Source of the DNA: Thermoplasmatales archaeon | GTDB lineage: Archaea > Thermoplasmatota > Thermoplasmata > Thermoplasmatales > Thermoplasmataceae | DNA: 64,000 bases | NCBI GenBank assembly: GCA_027310185.1 | Contig: DAIDBH010000006.1 | Coordinates: forward strand, 1-64,000 | Direction of reading: 5' to 3' | Part shown: piece by piece, positions 40,209-50,639 of the stretch | Numbering within the stretch: the first letter of the stretch is position 1 | How the letters are laid out: every line of letters starts with the position of its first letter | Made by a program: the position numbers and the translations under genes | The notes under the pieces: generated by a model | The model's database searches: none | Seen by the model: only the letters and a program-made list of their open reading frames with translations | Told to the model about the DNA's origin: nothing

Positions 40209-41363
40209 ATGGCAGAGGATTTGTCTATCGACAGGTATGTAATAACCATGAGGAGACAGTTTCATGAGTTTCCAGAGTTGAGTTTTCAGGAAGAGCAGAC
40301 AGAGGGACGAATAATTGAGGAACTTGAAGACATGGGACTGAGACCCCATGTTGTTCCTAAAGGTGGCCTGTATGCAGACATAAAGGGGAGTTCGGAGGGA
40401 AAAACAGTTGCTCTGAGAGCTGATATGGATGCACTACCCATCAGGGAAGAAAATGATATACCATTCAAGTCAAGGAACGATGGAGTCATGCATGCCTGTG
40501 GTCATGACTCTCACATGGCAATGCTGCTTGGTGTTGCAAAATCACTGGTCCAGAAGAGGGATCAGTTTAATGGAACCGTGAGGCTTCTTTTTCAGAGAGC
40601 AGAGGAGATGCCACCGGGTGGAGCTGTTGAGCTGATAAAGGCCGGTGCCCTCAAGAATGTTGATTACGTTGTCGGCCAGCATGTAATGTCTGGAGCTCCC
40701 AGCGGTACAGTTGCAATCTTCCCGAAGGAATGCATGGCTAATGCAGATGAATTCAGGATCAGGATACACAGCAAGGGAGGTCATGGTGCCTATCCGCACA
40801 CAGGTGTGGACACCCTGATGATTGGTGCCATGATGGTTGTGCAGGCACAGACAATAGTTTCCAGAATACTGGATCCAACTGAAGCCTCAGTGATTACTTT
40901 CGGCACAATGGACTCCGGATTCCGGTACAATGTCATCGCACCTCATACAGAACTCAGGGGTACAGTCAGGACATTCACTGAGGAGGGAAGGGTAAAGAGC
41001 GAGAATTTCCTAAGGGAGATGATCAGCAACCTGTGCAAGACCTATGGCGCTGAATTTGAATTTGAATTTATGCGTGGATACCCTGCGTTGATAAATAACC
41101 CGGAGGTTATATCGGTCATAGAGAGCGTTGCCAGGAAAGTCGTTGGAGAGAAAAACATAATACATCCAAAACCCCAGATGGGTGGTGAAGATTTTGCATA
41201 CTACGTGCAGCAGGTTCCAGGGGCATTCTATTTCCTGGGAGTGACTGATAAGAACGAAAAGAACCCTGGAGCAAATCATTCTCCTCAGTTCACCATCGAT
41301 GAGTCAGCACTTTCAAAGGGTACGAAGCTGATGGAAGAGGTAGCACTGAAACTCCTCTCATAA
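40209..41363 (+). CDS. M20 amidohydrolase / carboxypeptidase
   Basis: LRADMDAL, MHACGHD, AEE, GGHGAYPH, GEDF. Confidence 0.95.
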   Translation: MAEDLSIDRYVITMRRQFHEFPELSFQEEQTEGRIIEELEDMGLRPHVVPKGGLYADIKGSSEGKTVALRADMDALPIREENDIPFKSRNDGVMHACGHDSHMAMLLGVAKSLVQKRDQFNGTVRLLFQRAEEMPPGGAVELIKAGALKNVDYVVGQHVMSGAPSGTVAIFPKECMANADEFRIRIHSKGGHGAYPHTGVDTLMIGAMMVVQAQTIVSRILDPTEASVITFGTMDSGFRYNVIAPHTELRGTVRTFTEEGRVKSENFLREMISNLCKTYGAEFEFEFMRGYPALINNPEVISVIESVARKVVGEKNIIHPKPQMGGEDFAYYVQQVPGAFYFLGVTDKNEKNPGANHSPQFTIDESALSKGTKLMEEVALKLLS

Positions 41364-41419
41364 AATTACCAAAGAGTAAAGACTGAAAAATGATATAATA
41401 CAGTAACCCATATTTGACC

Positions 41420-42421
41420 ATGGATTTTGTTGAAAAATATACTGCCTTTCTCCAGAATAACAGGGACATGATAAGGAGGAGCCTTGTTTTGCATGAAGAG
41501 GATCCTGCATACGTTTATTTCAGGGATAAGATCCAGAGATTATTTCATGAATTACCAGAACAGAAGAAACCAGAACTCAGGCTCAGTGCAACGGATGGCT
41601 CAGAATTTTCAAGGGAACTGTATAACGGCCAGAAACTTGTTGTTGCAAGGGCTGTTTCCCAGATAGATGGAGATGAACTTGAGGAAGATGCCTTCCATCT
41701 GATACGTGTGGACAGGGAGCAGAAAAGTGAACTCATAAAGAGGATAATGGAGAACCTGGAGCATTTGGCTGCGACCAGATCAATTCTGGAGAAGGACGCT
41801 CAGGTTTGCCTGATGGATGGATCACTGTCCGGCAGGCTTTACTGGGGGACAACAAAATTTGATACAGATCTTCCTGATATTTACTCTTTGTATACAGAAA
41901 ATCTGGTGAACTTCGTGAGAGCCATTAAAGAAAAAAGGATAGTGCTGATCTTCATAGGCAAGAGTTCAGAAACCATGATCCTGAAGAGAACCATACTGGA
42001 ATCTGATACCAATGCACCTGACAACATCAGGAAACAGGCAATAACTGATCATCTCTTAATCAAGTCAATAGTGCAGAATCCCGGATTCACAGAACCCATA
42101 TTCGTGGAAAAGGAGATAGTGAAAGGTCAGAAGATATCATTTTATACAATGCATGTTCTTCCATCCATGGATGATACACCGATGAAGGTTGATTTTATCA
42201 TACCAGAGGATTCTGTCATAGATCACAGAGATATAGTTTCATGGATTATGTGGGGCTATACAGGTTTGAAGAATCACAACCTGTGGATATCGCTCGCTGA
42301 TAAGAGGGTCAAGTTCCACAGAGAAGAAACAGAGGATATTATCATGAAGCAGTTCATAAAGATGGCTGGATCGGAAAATGTTGAGACCAGGGGTGAAAGA
42401 CGTGCAAGAATCAGATTTTGA
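41420..42421 (+). CDS. nurA: DNA double-strand break repair nuclease NurA
   Basis: ATDGS, MDGSL, IGK; position in the operon. Confidence 0.9.
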   Translation: MDFVEKYTAFLQNNRDMIRRSLVLHEEDPAYVYFRDKIQRLFHELPEQKKPELRLSATDGSEFSRELYNGQKLVVARAVSQIDGDELEEDAFHLIRVDREQKSELIKRIMENLEHLAATRSILEKDAQVCLMDGSLSGRLYWGTTKFDTDLPDIYSLYTENLVNFVRAIKEKRIVLIFIGKSSETMILKRTILESDTNAPDNIRKQAITDHLLIKSIVQNPGFTEPIFVEKEIVKGQKISFYTMHVLPSMDDTPMKVDFIIPEDSVIDHRDIVSWIMWGYTGLKNHNLWISLADKRVKFHREETEDIIMKQFIKMAGSENVETRGERRARIRF

Positions 42422-43925
42422 TATGGGATACGTAACGGGACAGAGCGAGAGCGAATATTTTCAGTTCGTTATCAGCCCAGACGCAGTGCTTAAAAGATGG
42501 GAGTACATAACAGTGGTACAGCATGGAAGAAGTATTATTGGGAGGGTGGAAAAACTACTTTCCTTCAGCGATCTCATCGGGCAGGGCATAGATTTTGAGA
42601 CAGTTAAGAAATTGAACAGCACTAAGATCAGGGAGATAGTTGATGTTGCAAGGGCAAGGACTGTAGGATCAATTACGGATGATGGAAGGGTTCTGAAGAG
42701 CAACAGGGAGCTTATAAGACCGGGAACACCGGTAAAGAGATCAACTGAGGAAGAGATGAAGACACTCTTCGGTTACAGTGATGAAGGAAACCTTGAACTT
42801 GGAACACTGACGGATTACGATAATGTAAAGACTGGAATTTCCATAAATGGAATGAGAAGGCATGTGGCAATCATGGCCCAGACAGGTGCAGGAAAAAGCA
42901 ACACAGCTGCAGTTCTTATAGAGGAGCTTGCAAAGGCAGGTGCTACCATAGTTGTGCTTGATCCTCATGCAGACTATTCTCTGATGAAGGCAAGTAAGTC
43001 CATGGCTGACATAACGAAAGTATTCAAGACTCCAATGAGTACAGGCAGGTATGGAACTGAACTCAATTCACTGACAGAACGTTTCTCGCTTAGATTCCAG
43101 GACCTTGAGGAAGATGACCTGTTCAATATAATGAGGATCGATGAGCAGTGGACAAATATGAGGGAAATAGTGAGGCGATTATATGCCAATATCAAGGGGA
43201 AGGGAAATTTTGAGGATTTCATGCGTGCCTATGAATCCATGCCGTTGCAGGACAAGTCAAAGATTTCAGGAAGAATCGCCCTGCTAAAGGCAGTAAAGGA
43301 CATATTCACAGATGTAACGACACCAGTTACATCTTACCTGAGGCCGGGACAGCTTTCCATTCTTGACCTTTCAGGACTGGATCAGGACATAATCTCATAT
43401 TTCTGCCTGAAGGTCCTGGATGAGATATATGATCAGAAGACCTCTGGAAATTTCAAGTACCCCGTGTTTTTCTTCATAGAGGAAGCGCATAACTTCGTTG
43501 GAAGAGAGACCGTGGGAAAATTGCCAGTACTGATCAAGAAGATAGCAGCAGAGGGCAGGAAATTTGGAACATTTCTTGTTGTGATCACCCAGAGGCCGGG
43601 AAAAATAGATCAGGATGTGCTGAGCCAGTGCAATTCCCAGATCATTTTGCGTGTAACCAATCCAATGGATCAGAAGGCAATTGAGGAATCCTGCGAGAGT
43701 GTGAGCGAATCAATTATAAATGATCTCCCATCCCTTAATACGGGAGAGGCAGTACTGGTTGGAGAATTCGTCAGGTTTCCGGTGATCATAAAGGTAAGAA
43801 GAAGGGAAACACGTGAGGGTGGCGGTGATATTGACATACTGCCACTGATGAGGGAATCTATAAAACTAAGGGAAAAAGCTTCATCACCGGAAAAGAACAG
43901 GGATTTCATAAAGGGGCTGGTCTGA
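42402..43925 (+). CDS. herA: Bipolar DNA helicase HerA
   Basis: RHVAIMAQTGAGKS, DPHADY, IEEAHNF, EGRKFG, TQRP. Confidence 0.95.
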   Translation: MQESDFDMGYVTGQSESEYFQFVISPDAVLKRWEYITVVQHGRSIIGRVEKLLSFSDLIGQGIDFETVKKLNSTKIREIVDVARARTVGSITDDGRVLKSNRELIRPGTPVKRSTEEEMKTLFGYSDEGNLELGTLTDYDNVKTGISINGMRRHVAIMAQTGAGKSNTAAVLIEELAKAGATIVVLDPHADYSLMKASKSMADITKVFKTPMSTGRYGTELNSLTERFSLRFQDLEEDDLFNIMRIDEQWTNMREIVRRLYANIKGKGNFEDFMRAYESMPLQDKSKISGRIALLKAVKDIFTDVTTPVTSYLRPGQLSILDLSGLDQDIISYFCLKVLDEIYDQKTSGNFKYPVFFFIEEAHNFVGRETVGKLPVLIKKIAAEGRKFGTFLVVITQRPGKIDQDVLSQCNSQIILRVTNPMDQKAIEESCESVSESIINDLPSLNTGEAVLVGEFVRFPVIIKVRRRETREGGGDIDILPLMRESIKLREKASSPEKNRDFIKGLV

Positions 43926-43937
43926 ACGGTCAGGTTC

Positions 43938-45053
43938 ATGCATATTTCTGACACCCATCTAGGGTCGGTACAGTATGGAATCCCTGAAAGGGAATCTGAT
44001 TTCTATGACGCCTTCAGAGAGGGCATACAGATCGGCATAGACAGGGATGTAGATTTCATAGTTCACTCCGGTGATCTTTTTGATTCGGCAAGGCCATCCA
44101 ACAGGGCACTGAGGGTTGCAGAGGAATCGATGATGCTTTTACAGAAGAATAACATACCCGTATTCTCAATAGCAGGTGATCATGACAGGCCAAAGGTAAG
44201 GGATAATCCGTCACATATCCTCTTCGATCTCTTTGGCCTCAGAATACTGGGACTTGAAGGCTTTGAAAGCACATTATTCAGGAAGGGTGGTGAGGAAGTG
44301 TTCATAGGAGGCGTCAGCAATATGAAGCTGTTCAAGAGGGACCAGTTGAAGGAAGAATATGACAGGGCAAGCAGGGAGGCATCGGACCACAAGATATCTG
44401 TCTTCATGTCGCACCAGGCAATATCCCCTTTATTTCCACCTGAAAGCTCAGAGGCAAGAGAGGAAGACCTTCCTGTAAACTACAACTACCTGGCATTCGG
44501 CCATATCCACCAGTTCATAAAGAAGAAGTATGGCAGATCCCTTTTCTGTTATGCTGGTTCAACTGAAGTGAAGAGCACCAATGAAATATCTGGATTGACG
44601 AGACAGGGAAAGGGAGTGAATATAGTTGATACTGATGGTGATGAAACTGAAATGGAAAGGGTGATCCTGAGGAGCGTCAGGGTCCAGCGGGACCTCACTG
44701 GAACTCTGGATGAATGCCTTGAGAAACTTGACGGGCTGAACAGGGAGGAATATGAAAAGAAACCAGTGATCACCATGCATATCCATGGCAAGCCAAATGT
44801 AGAATACATGAGAAAAAAACTGGGTGAATACAGGGAGAAATTCATAATAAGGCAACCCATAATAGAGGAAAATGCAGAAGCAGTGGAAATGTCACCATCA
44901 TTTGAGGAAAGTATAGGTTCCATATTCACCAAGTATTTTGCCGATGAGAAGAAAGGCAACATGGCACTTTCTATATACAATTTGATAAAGGATGGAAAAC
45001 ACAGTGACGAAGACATACTAAAGATCTGTGAGGAGATATTGAATGATAATTGA
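43938..45053 (+). CDS. mre11: Mre11 nuclease
   Basis: HISDTHLG, GDLFD, GDHD, GHIH. Confidence 0.95.
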   Translation: MHISDTHLGSVQYGIPERESDFYDAFREGIQIGIDRDVDFIVHSGDLFDSARPSNRALRVAEESMMLLQKNNIPVFSIAGDHDRPKVRDNPSHILFDLFGLRILGLEGFESTLFRKGGEEVFIGGVSNMKLFKRDQLKEEYDRASREASDHKISVFMSHQAISPLFPPESSEAREEDLPVNYNYLAFGHIHQFIKKKYGRSLFCYAGSTEVKSTNEISGLTRQGKGVNIVDTDGDETEMERVILRSVRVQRDLTGTLDECLEKLDGLNREEYEKKPVITMHIHGKPNVEYMRKKLGEYREKFIIRQPIIEENAEAVEMSPSFEESIGSIFTKYFADEKKGNMALSIYNLIKDGKHSDEDILKICEEILNDN

Positions 45054-47748
45054 GAATGTTAAGATGGAGAATTTCCTCTCCCACAGGAACAGTGACATAT
45101 ACCTGGGCACAGGTATAAACATCATACTGGGACAGAACGGTTCTGGCAAATCATCCATATTTGAGGCCATAAAAGTTGCATTCTTTGGCCAGGGGGAGAG
45201 CGAGAGAAAAAGGGTTGTTTCATATAATTCAACAATGGCAAGCATACAGGTCAGGTTCAGGATAGGCTCTCATGAGTATGAGGTATCTAGGCAGATAGAG
45301 AATAAGAAGGACAGGGAAACGACCAGAAACGCAACCTTGCACATGGATGGCCAGAAATTGGCAGAAGGTGCAGGTGCTGTTTCTGCTGAAATTCAGAACA
45401 TCATGGGTATTTCAAAAAGTGCATTCATAAATTCAATATATGTTGATCAGGGGCAGATAGACTCCCTGGTTAAGGAAACTCCTGCAGAAAGGAAGGATGT
45501 CTTCAATGAAATTATAGGTTTGAAGAATTATGACAGGGCATTCAATGAAGTTGACAGAATCGTGAAGGATATGTCAGCAAAGATCGGCCAGTTTGAATTT
45601 ATCACGGATGGATTGAGGAATTCCGAAGAAGAGATAGGCAGAAAGAGGGAAGAGCTTGAAAAAGTGGAACGGGATGAAAAGAAAAACGATCAGGATATGA
45701 AGCAAACAGATGCTCTAATGAAAGAAATAAACGGGAGGCACCTGAAATTTGTTGAGCTCAATGGCACCCTGAAATCACAAACGGATTACATGTTGAGTGC
45801 AGTGAGGGAAAGGAACGATGTGGAGAAAGTGATCAGGGAAGTAGGCGATTCACTGAAAAATCTTGGTTCACTGAGGAAAACACTAACTGAACTGGAAAAC
45901 AGTGAACTGTACCTAAATGGAGATAAGATAGCCCTTATTGAACAGAATCATAGGCAGATAGAAGATATTAAAACTCAGGTGGTGCAGCTGGAAAGAAATC
46001 TCCAGAGCCTTAGAACCTCAGAGAGTAATATACAACAATTATATAGTAAATATAATGAAATGAAATTGAAGATAGATGATATGGAGAAGAAGGAGAAGGA
46101 AAAAGAACTGGTTTCAGAGGAAAATTATAAATATATTACAGTTGAGAAGGAGATAAAGAAAAAACAGTCAGAAGTCGATAATGATAAAAATAAGCTGGAA
46201 GAGATACGAAAGAGCATTCCAGAGATGATAGTGTCAGGAAAGATGTCATCTGATGATACTGACCGCGAAATCATGAAGCTGAGATCTGAAGAAAATGAAC
46301 AGGTCTCGAGAATTGGTTCCTGCAGAACCGAAATCGCAAGACTCAATGATGAAATAAAGAGATTAGGCATCAAGATTGAGGAACTGCAAGATGCAGGGGA
46401 GTGCCCCCTTTGTGGTCAGGAACTCACCCACGAGCACAGGTCAAGGGTGATGGAAGAATACAGAAACCAGATTGAGAAGTCTAGATTGGATATAGAATCT
46501 AATGAAAGTATGCTGGGAGCACTTACAAGAAAGATCGATAACATAAAGAAGAGTATTGATTCACTTTCCTCCAATTCAGTGAAAACTTATTACCGGATAA
46601 TGGAGAATATTGCCAGGAATGAAAAAGACCTGAATTCAATGTTAATTGAACTTAGCACCATGAAAGAATCACATACAAGATATGAGGAAATCACTTCTTT
46701 CCTGCATGATCATGAGAGTCTCAGGAAAGAATTCAAGGAAATAGATAATGAACTCCAGAAATTGCGCGGAACGGTGGATCTTCTCAAGGAACAGAAAATA
46801 CCTGAAAATATTGAAGCAATGAAAAAGAAGATTGAAAATCTTGAACGGGTTGATAGAGCCAATGAAAAATCTTTCCTGCTGTGGAAGGAAGGTAAAAGAT
46901 CACAGGACTTTGAGCAGTTAAGGAAAAGAATTGCCGATACAAGAAAAGAGATAGAATCCTATGCTGAAAAGGAGGATGAGTTGAAAAGGGCAGGTACAAG
47001 GCTTGTTTCCCTCAATGAATCCATTGAAAATATGAAAAAAGATACAGAAAGACTGACTGATGAAATCAGAAAATTTGGGGGCGTAGAAAGGGAGCTGTCA
47101 GAAATAAATGCCAGATACAGTGAACTTATGGAAAGAAAGGTCTATCTTACAGGACAGAAATCATCCCTGGAAACATCCCTTAAGGATCTTGAAAAAAGTA
47201 CGGATAAGTTGAGGCAGGAACTGGATGAAATTGGCAGAATTAAGAAGATCAATGATTTTCTTGTTCTTGTTAAAAAAGCTTTCAACAGGGACGGTATCCC
47301 GCAGCTGATAAGGCAGATGGCCCTGGAGTCTATAAACTCCATAACCAGGAACCTTATATCAAGATTCAATCTGAACATAGAGGACATTAGGATTTCTGAT
47401 GATCTGGATGTTGATATAATGCAGTATGGGCAAATCAAGAACATAACCCAGCTTAGCGGTGGGGAAAAGACATCAGTTTCCATTGCTATGAGGCTTGCCA
47501 TAGCCAAATATCTAGGCAGGAACATAAGCACAATAATGATGGATGAACCTACAATTTACCTGGATGAGGAGAGACGTAATGATCTCCGCGAAATACTCCA
47601 GTATGCCATGAAGGATCTGAGCGATGAGGGCATATTCCCGCAGATAGTAATAATAACACATCACACCGAACTTGAAACTGCTGCAGACATTTCACTGCAT
47701 GTCAGCAAGGTTGGCGGAGAATCAGTTGTTGAAAACAGTGCTTACTGA
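45043..47748 (+). CDS. rad50: Rad50 ATPase
   Basis: GQNGSGKSS, CPLCG zinc hook, LSGGE, MMDEPT. Confidence 0.96.
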   Translation: MIIENVKMENFLSHRNSDIYLGTGINIILGQNGSGKSSIFEAIKVAFFGQGESERKRVVSYNSTMASIQVRFRIGSHEYEVSRQIENKKDRETTRNATLHMDGQKLAEGAGAVSAEIQNIMGISKSAFINSIYVDQGQIDSLVKETPAERKDVFNEIIGLKNYDRAFNEVDRIVKDMSAKIGQFEFITDGLRNSEEEIGRKREELEKVERDEKKNDQDMKQTDALMKEINGRHLKFVELNGTLKSQTDYMLSAVRERNDVEKVIREVGDSLKNLGSLRKTLTELENSELYLNGDKIALIEQNHRQIEDIKTQVVQLERNLQSLRTSESNIQQLYSKYNEMKLKIDDMEKKEKEKELVSEENYKYITVEKEIKKKQSEVDNDKNKLEEIRKSIPEMIVSGKMSSDDTDREIMKLRSEENEQVSRIGSCRTEIARLNDEIKRLGIKIEELQDAGECPLCGQELTHEHRSRVMEEYRNQIEKSRLDIESNESMLGALTRKIDNIKKSIDSLSSNSVKTYYRIMENIARNEKDLNSMLIELSTMKESHTRYEEITSFLHDHESLRKEFKEIDNELQKLRGTVDLLKEQKIPENIEAMKKKIENLERVDRANEKSFLLWKEGKRSQDFEQLRKRIADTRKEIESYAEKEDELKRAGTRLVSLNESIENMKKDTERLTDEIRKFGGVERELSEINARYSELMERKVYLTGQKSSLETSLKDLEKSTDKLRQELDEIGRIKKINDFLVLVKKAFNRDGIPQLIRQMALESINSITRNLISRFNLNIEDIRISDDLDVDIMQYGQIKNITQLSGGEKTSVSIAMRLAIAKYLGRNISTIMMDEPTIYLDEERRNDLREILQYAMKDLSDEGIFPQIVIITHHTELETAADISLHVSKVGGESVVENSAY

Positions 47749-48131
47749 GGATTCCTGCTCCTGTAATCCTTTATCATTTTGATCAGGGCATCGTATGACA
47801 GAAGTGCACATTTTTCTCTTGCAGGTCCAAGGGTCAATCCAAGATTACCAAGGACATCAGTTTTTTTCATGTCCATAACACTTTCAACGCTCTTTCCCTC
47901 CACATTCTCTGAAAGAATGGACGCTGCAGCCACGCTGATAAGACAGCCTTTTGCAACATATTTTATGTCCTTGATCCTGCCATCACCGATCTTCACATAC
48001 ATGGCAATGGTGTCACCACACGTGGGATTTGTTTCCATTATCTGTTCATCTGGATTCTCGATCTTGCCGAAATTTCTTGGCTCCTGATAGTGCTCATCTA
48101 TTATTGCGCTGTAAACTATATCATCACTCAT
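47742..48131 (-). CDS. sufU: SufU/IscU-type scaffold
   Basis: NPTCGD, GCLIS, KCALL. Confidence 0.9.
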   Translation of the reverse strand: MSDDIVYSAIIDEHYQEPRNFGKIENPDEQIMETNPTCGDTIAMYVKIGDGRIKDIKYVAKGCLISVAAASILSENVEGKSVESVMDMKKTDVLGNLGLTLGPAREKCALLSYDALIKMIKDYRSRNPQ

Positions 48132-49390
48132 CTTACAATCATCCTCTTTTCTATTTTTTCTATGGAATCAAAAAGGTGATCCACGTCCTTCCTGTCATTG
48201 TATATGTAGAAGGAGGCCCTTGCTGTTGCATATACTCCGAGTGCGACTGTCATGGGCATGGCACAGTGGTGACCTGATCTGAGTTCCACACCCTCAATCC
48301 TGTCAGCCATGTGGGAGATATCATGTGGATGCACCTCGTTTCCAAAGGGCCTGTCACCTGGAACCTTCTTCTGTATATTGAATGTGAATATTCCAGCCTT
48401 GATATCTGGATCTCTGGGACCATAACTTATGAGGTCATCCATATTCATTTCGTCCTCCCTCTTCAGGACATATGAAATGATGTCTCTTTCATGTTCACGA
48501 ATATTTTCCATTCCCAGTCTCCTCAAATAATCAGCTGCTGCAGAAAGACCTATCGCTCCTTCTATGTTTGGTGTGCCCGCCTCAAATTTCTCTGGCACAT
48601 CTGCAGGAACGAAATGATCTTCATACACCTCTTTAATCATCTCTCCACCTCCCATGTATGGTGGCATTTCATTGAGTATTTCCTCTGTTCCGTAAAGGCA
48701 TCCTATACCTGAGGGACCGAGCATCTTGTGCCCGGAAAATGCCATCAGATCACACTGTAGTTTATTCACGTCAACAGGCATGTGCGGAACGCTCTGTGCA
48801 CCGTCAACTACGAACTTTATTCCCATATTGTGAAGATGTCTGCCCATGTCATTGAGGTCATTGAACGTCCCGAGAATGTTTGAACAATGCGTAAGCGAGA
48901 CAATTTTTGTCCTTTCGCTTATGTGTTCCTCCACCATCTTCCAGTCGATCCTGTCCTTCTCACCATTCTCTATGAATTTCAATCTTACTTTCCTGTTTGC
49001 AGACTGTATCTGCCATGGAACTATGTTTGAATGATGCTCCATTCTTGAAATGAGCACCTCGTCACCCTCATTTAGCTTGGAAGTTAGCCCTGATGCTGCA
49101 AGGTTTAGTCCTTCTGTCGCATTCCTCACAAAAACTATATTGTTTGCTGATGCACCTATGAATTTAGCAACGTTCTCCCTTGATTTGTTATACAGATCTG
49201 TCGCCTCTTCTCCTACCCTGTAAACACCCCTATGAACATTAGAATTATGATTCTCATAAAAATCCACTATGGAATCTATAACAGCTTTTGGTTTCTGTGT
49301 CGTTGCAGCGTTGTCAAGATATATTATTCCATCCCTCTCAAATCTTCTGAAAATTGGAAAATCCTTTCTGATTTCTTCAACATTGATCAA
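48128..49390 (-). CDS. sufS: Cysteine desulfurase (class II)
   Basis: YLDNAATTQKP, SGHKM, RSGHHCA. Confidence 0.96.
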   Translation of the reverse strand: MINVEEIRKDFPIFRRFERDGIIYLDNAATTQKPKAVIDSIVDFYENHNSNVHRGVYRVGEEATDLYNKSRENVAKFIGASANNIVFVRNATEGLNLAASGLTSKLNEGDEVLISRMEHHSNIVPWQIQSANRKVRLKFIENGEKDRIDWKMVEEHISERTKIVSLTHCSNILGTFNDLNDMGRHLHNMGIKFVVDGAQSVPHMPVDVNKLQCDLMAFSGHKMLGPSGIGCLYGTEEILNEMPPYMGGGEMIKEVYEDHFVPADVPEKFEAGTPNIEGAIGLSAAADYLRRLGMENIREHERDIISYVLKREDEMNMDDLISYGPRDPDIKAGIFTFNIQKKVPGDRPFGNEVHPHDISHMADRIEGVELRSGHHCAMPMTVALGVYATARASFYIYNDRKDVDHLFDSIEKIEKRMIVR

Positions 49391-49421
49391 ATAAGTCGCC
49401 CTGTTAAATAATGTATGTGTT

Positions 49422-50633
49422 TTAAAAATTTATATCCTTTGAATATTCCTGTACCGTTTCGATGAATTTCCTGTTGTTGGATTTCTCTATGATGGATTCA
49501 ATGAAACCTCCAGTTATGAGAGTCGTGGCTGTTTTCTCATCAATTCCCCTGCTTTCCAGGTACAGGATCTGTTCTTTGTCCACACTGCTTATGGCGGAAC
49601 CATGCTTTGATCTCGTGTTATTGTTCCTGATAATCAGTCCGGGTTTTGAGTTTGCATAACCTTCCTTTGAAAGTAAGAGTATCTTTGAATCATAGAATCC
49701 TGTGGAGAGAATACTTGGTAATTCAATGTCTATATTACCCCTGTGAATTGTTGAACTTGAACCCTTGACCACTCCCCTGACCTTAATATCTGCGGCAGTA
49801 CTCTTTCCGATCTGGAAGCTGCTGTCCCTTATATCTATGGACTGATGTCCATTGCTGAAGCTAGCTCCAAATACCCTGTAATCAGATTCATCGCCTTCCT
49901 GTGTTGATTCATTGACAAATAGTAATTTTCCTGAACCATGATTCACGTGGAATATCTTGAAGTTGGAAGACTTTTCCTGGAATGTTCGTATGAATGTTAT
50001 ATCATTCACTGCTGTGTTCTTATCCTGAAGATAGTTATATTCAAGGGATGCACCCTCGTCAAGGAATATGTATGTAACTTTTCCCTGTGTTGGGTTACCC
50101 GATGCTTCTCCGTCCGTATATCTTGATTCAACTAGGTTCACCTTTGAGAATTTCCCTATGAATATGATGTTCTTCTCTGACCCTGAGTCATTGCCGTCAT
50201 TGAAGGCGTCGATGGTAAGTTTAACATTCTTTTCCCTTCCTACCTCTATGAAATAACCTCCACTCCATGATGCATTAATCAGGAATTCTTCCCTTTCCTT
50301 TCCCTTCTTCTCCCAGACAATCCGAGGAAGCTGGCTGAGTACTTCCGTAATATTACTTATCTTGATCCCTGCCTGTTCCTTTTTAGCAAGGATCCTGCCA
50401 TTACCGATCAATACATCAGATTCCTTTCTCTCTATTGCTGTTTTAAGTGGCCGGTACAGTCCAGTTGCCATTTTCTCAAGATCCTTTTCAGTAATATCCA
50501 TATAGTCCTTGACTGTTGGACTTTCCTTATATGATCTTCTCGGTGTCTTCAGGTAGTTCAGGAATGAATCCTGCCTGAAATCGTAGGCAGGATCTTTCAG
50601 TCTTGTTTTTAAAAGATCAGAAAACTGTTCCAT
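49422..50633 (-). CDS. sufD: Fe-S assembly protein SufD
   Basis: Beta-helix region, SKPGL, HGSA, YLESRG. Confidence 0.88.
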   Translation of the reverse strand: MEQFSDLLKTRLKDPAYDFRQDSFLNYLKTPRRSYKESPTVKDYMDITEKDLEKMATGLYRPLKTAIERKESDVLIGNGRILAKKEQAGIKISNITEVLSQLPRIVWEKKGKEREEFLINASWSGGYFIEVGREKNVKLTIDAFNDGNDSGSEKNIIFIGKFSKVNLVESRYTDGEASGNPTQGKVTYIFLDEGASLEYNYLQDKNTAVNDITFIRTFQEKSSNFKIFHVNHGSGKLLFVNESTQEGDESDYRVFGASFSNGHQSIDIRDSSFQIGKSTAADIKVRGVVKGSSSTIHRGNIDIELPSILSTGFYDSKILLLSKEGYANSKPGLIIRNNNTRSKHGSAISSVDKEQILYLESRGIDEKTATTLITGGFIESIIEKSNNRKFIETVQEYSKDINF

Positions 50634-50639
50634 GGAAGA

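Noticed and set aside
41420-47748. HerA/NurA as an antiviral module
   Set aside because: Canonical housekeeping nurA-herA-mre11-rad50 operon in core-genome context
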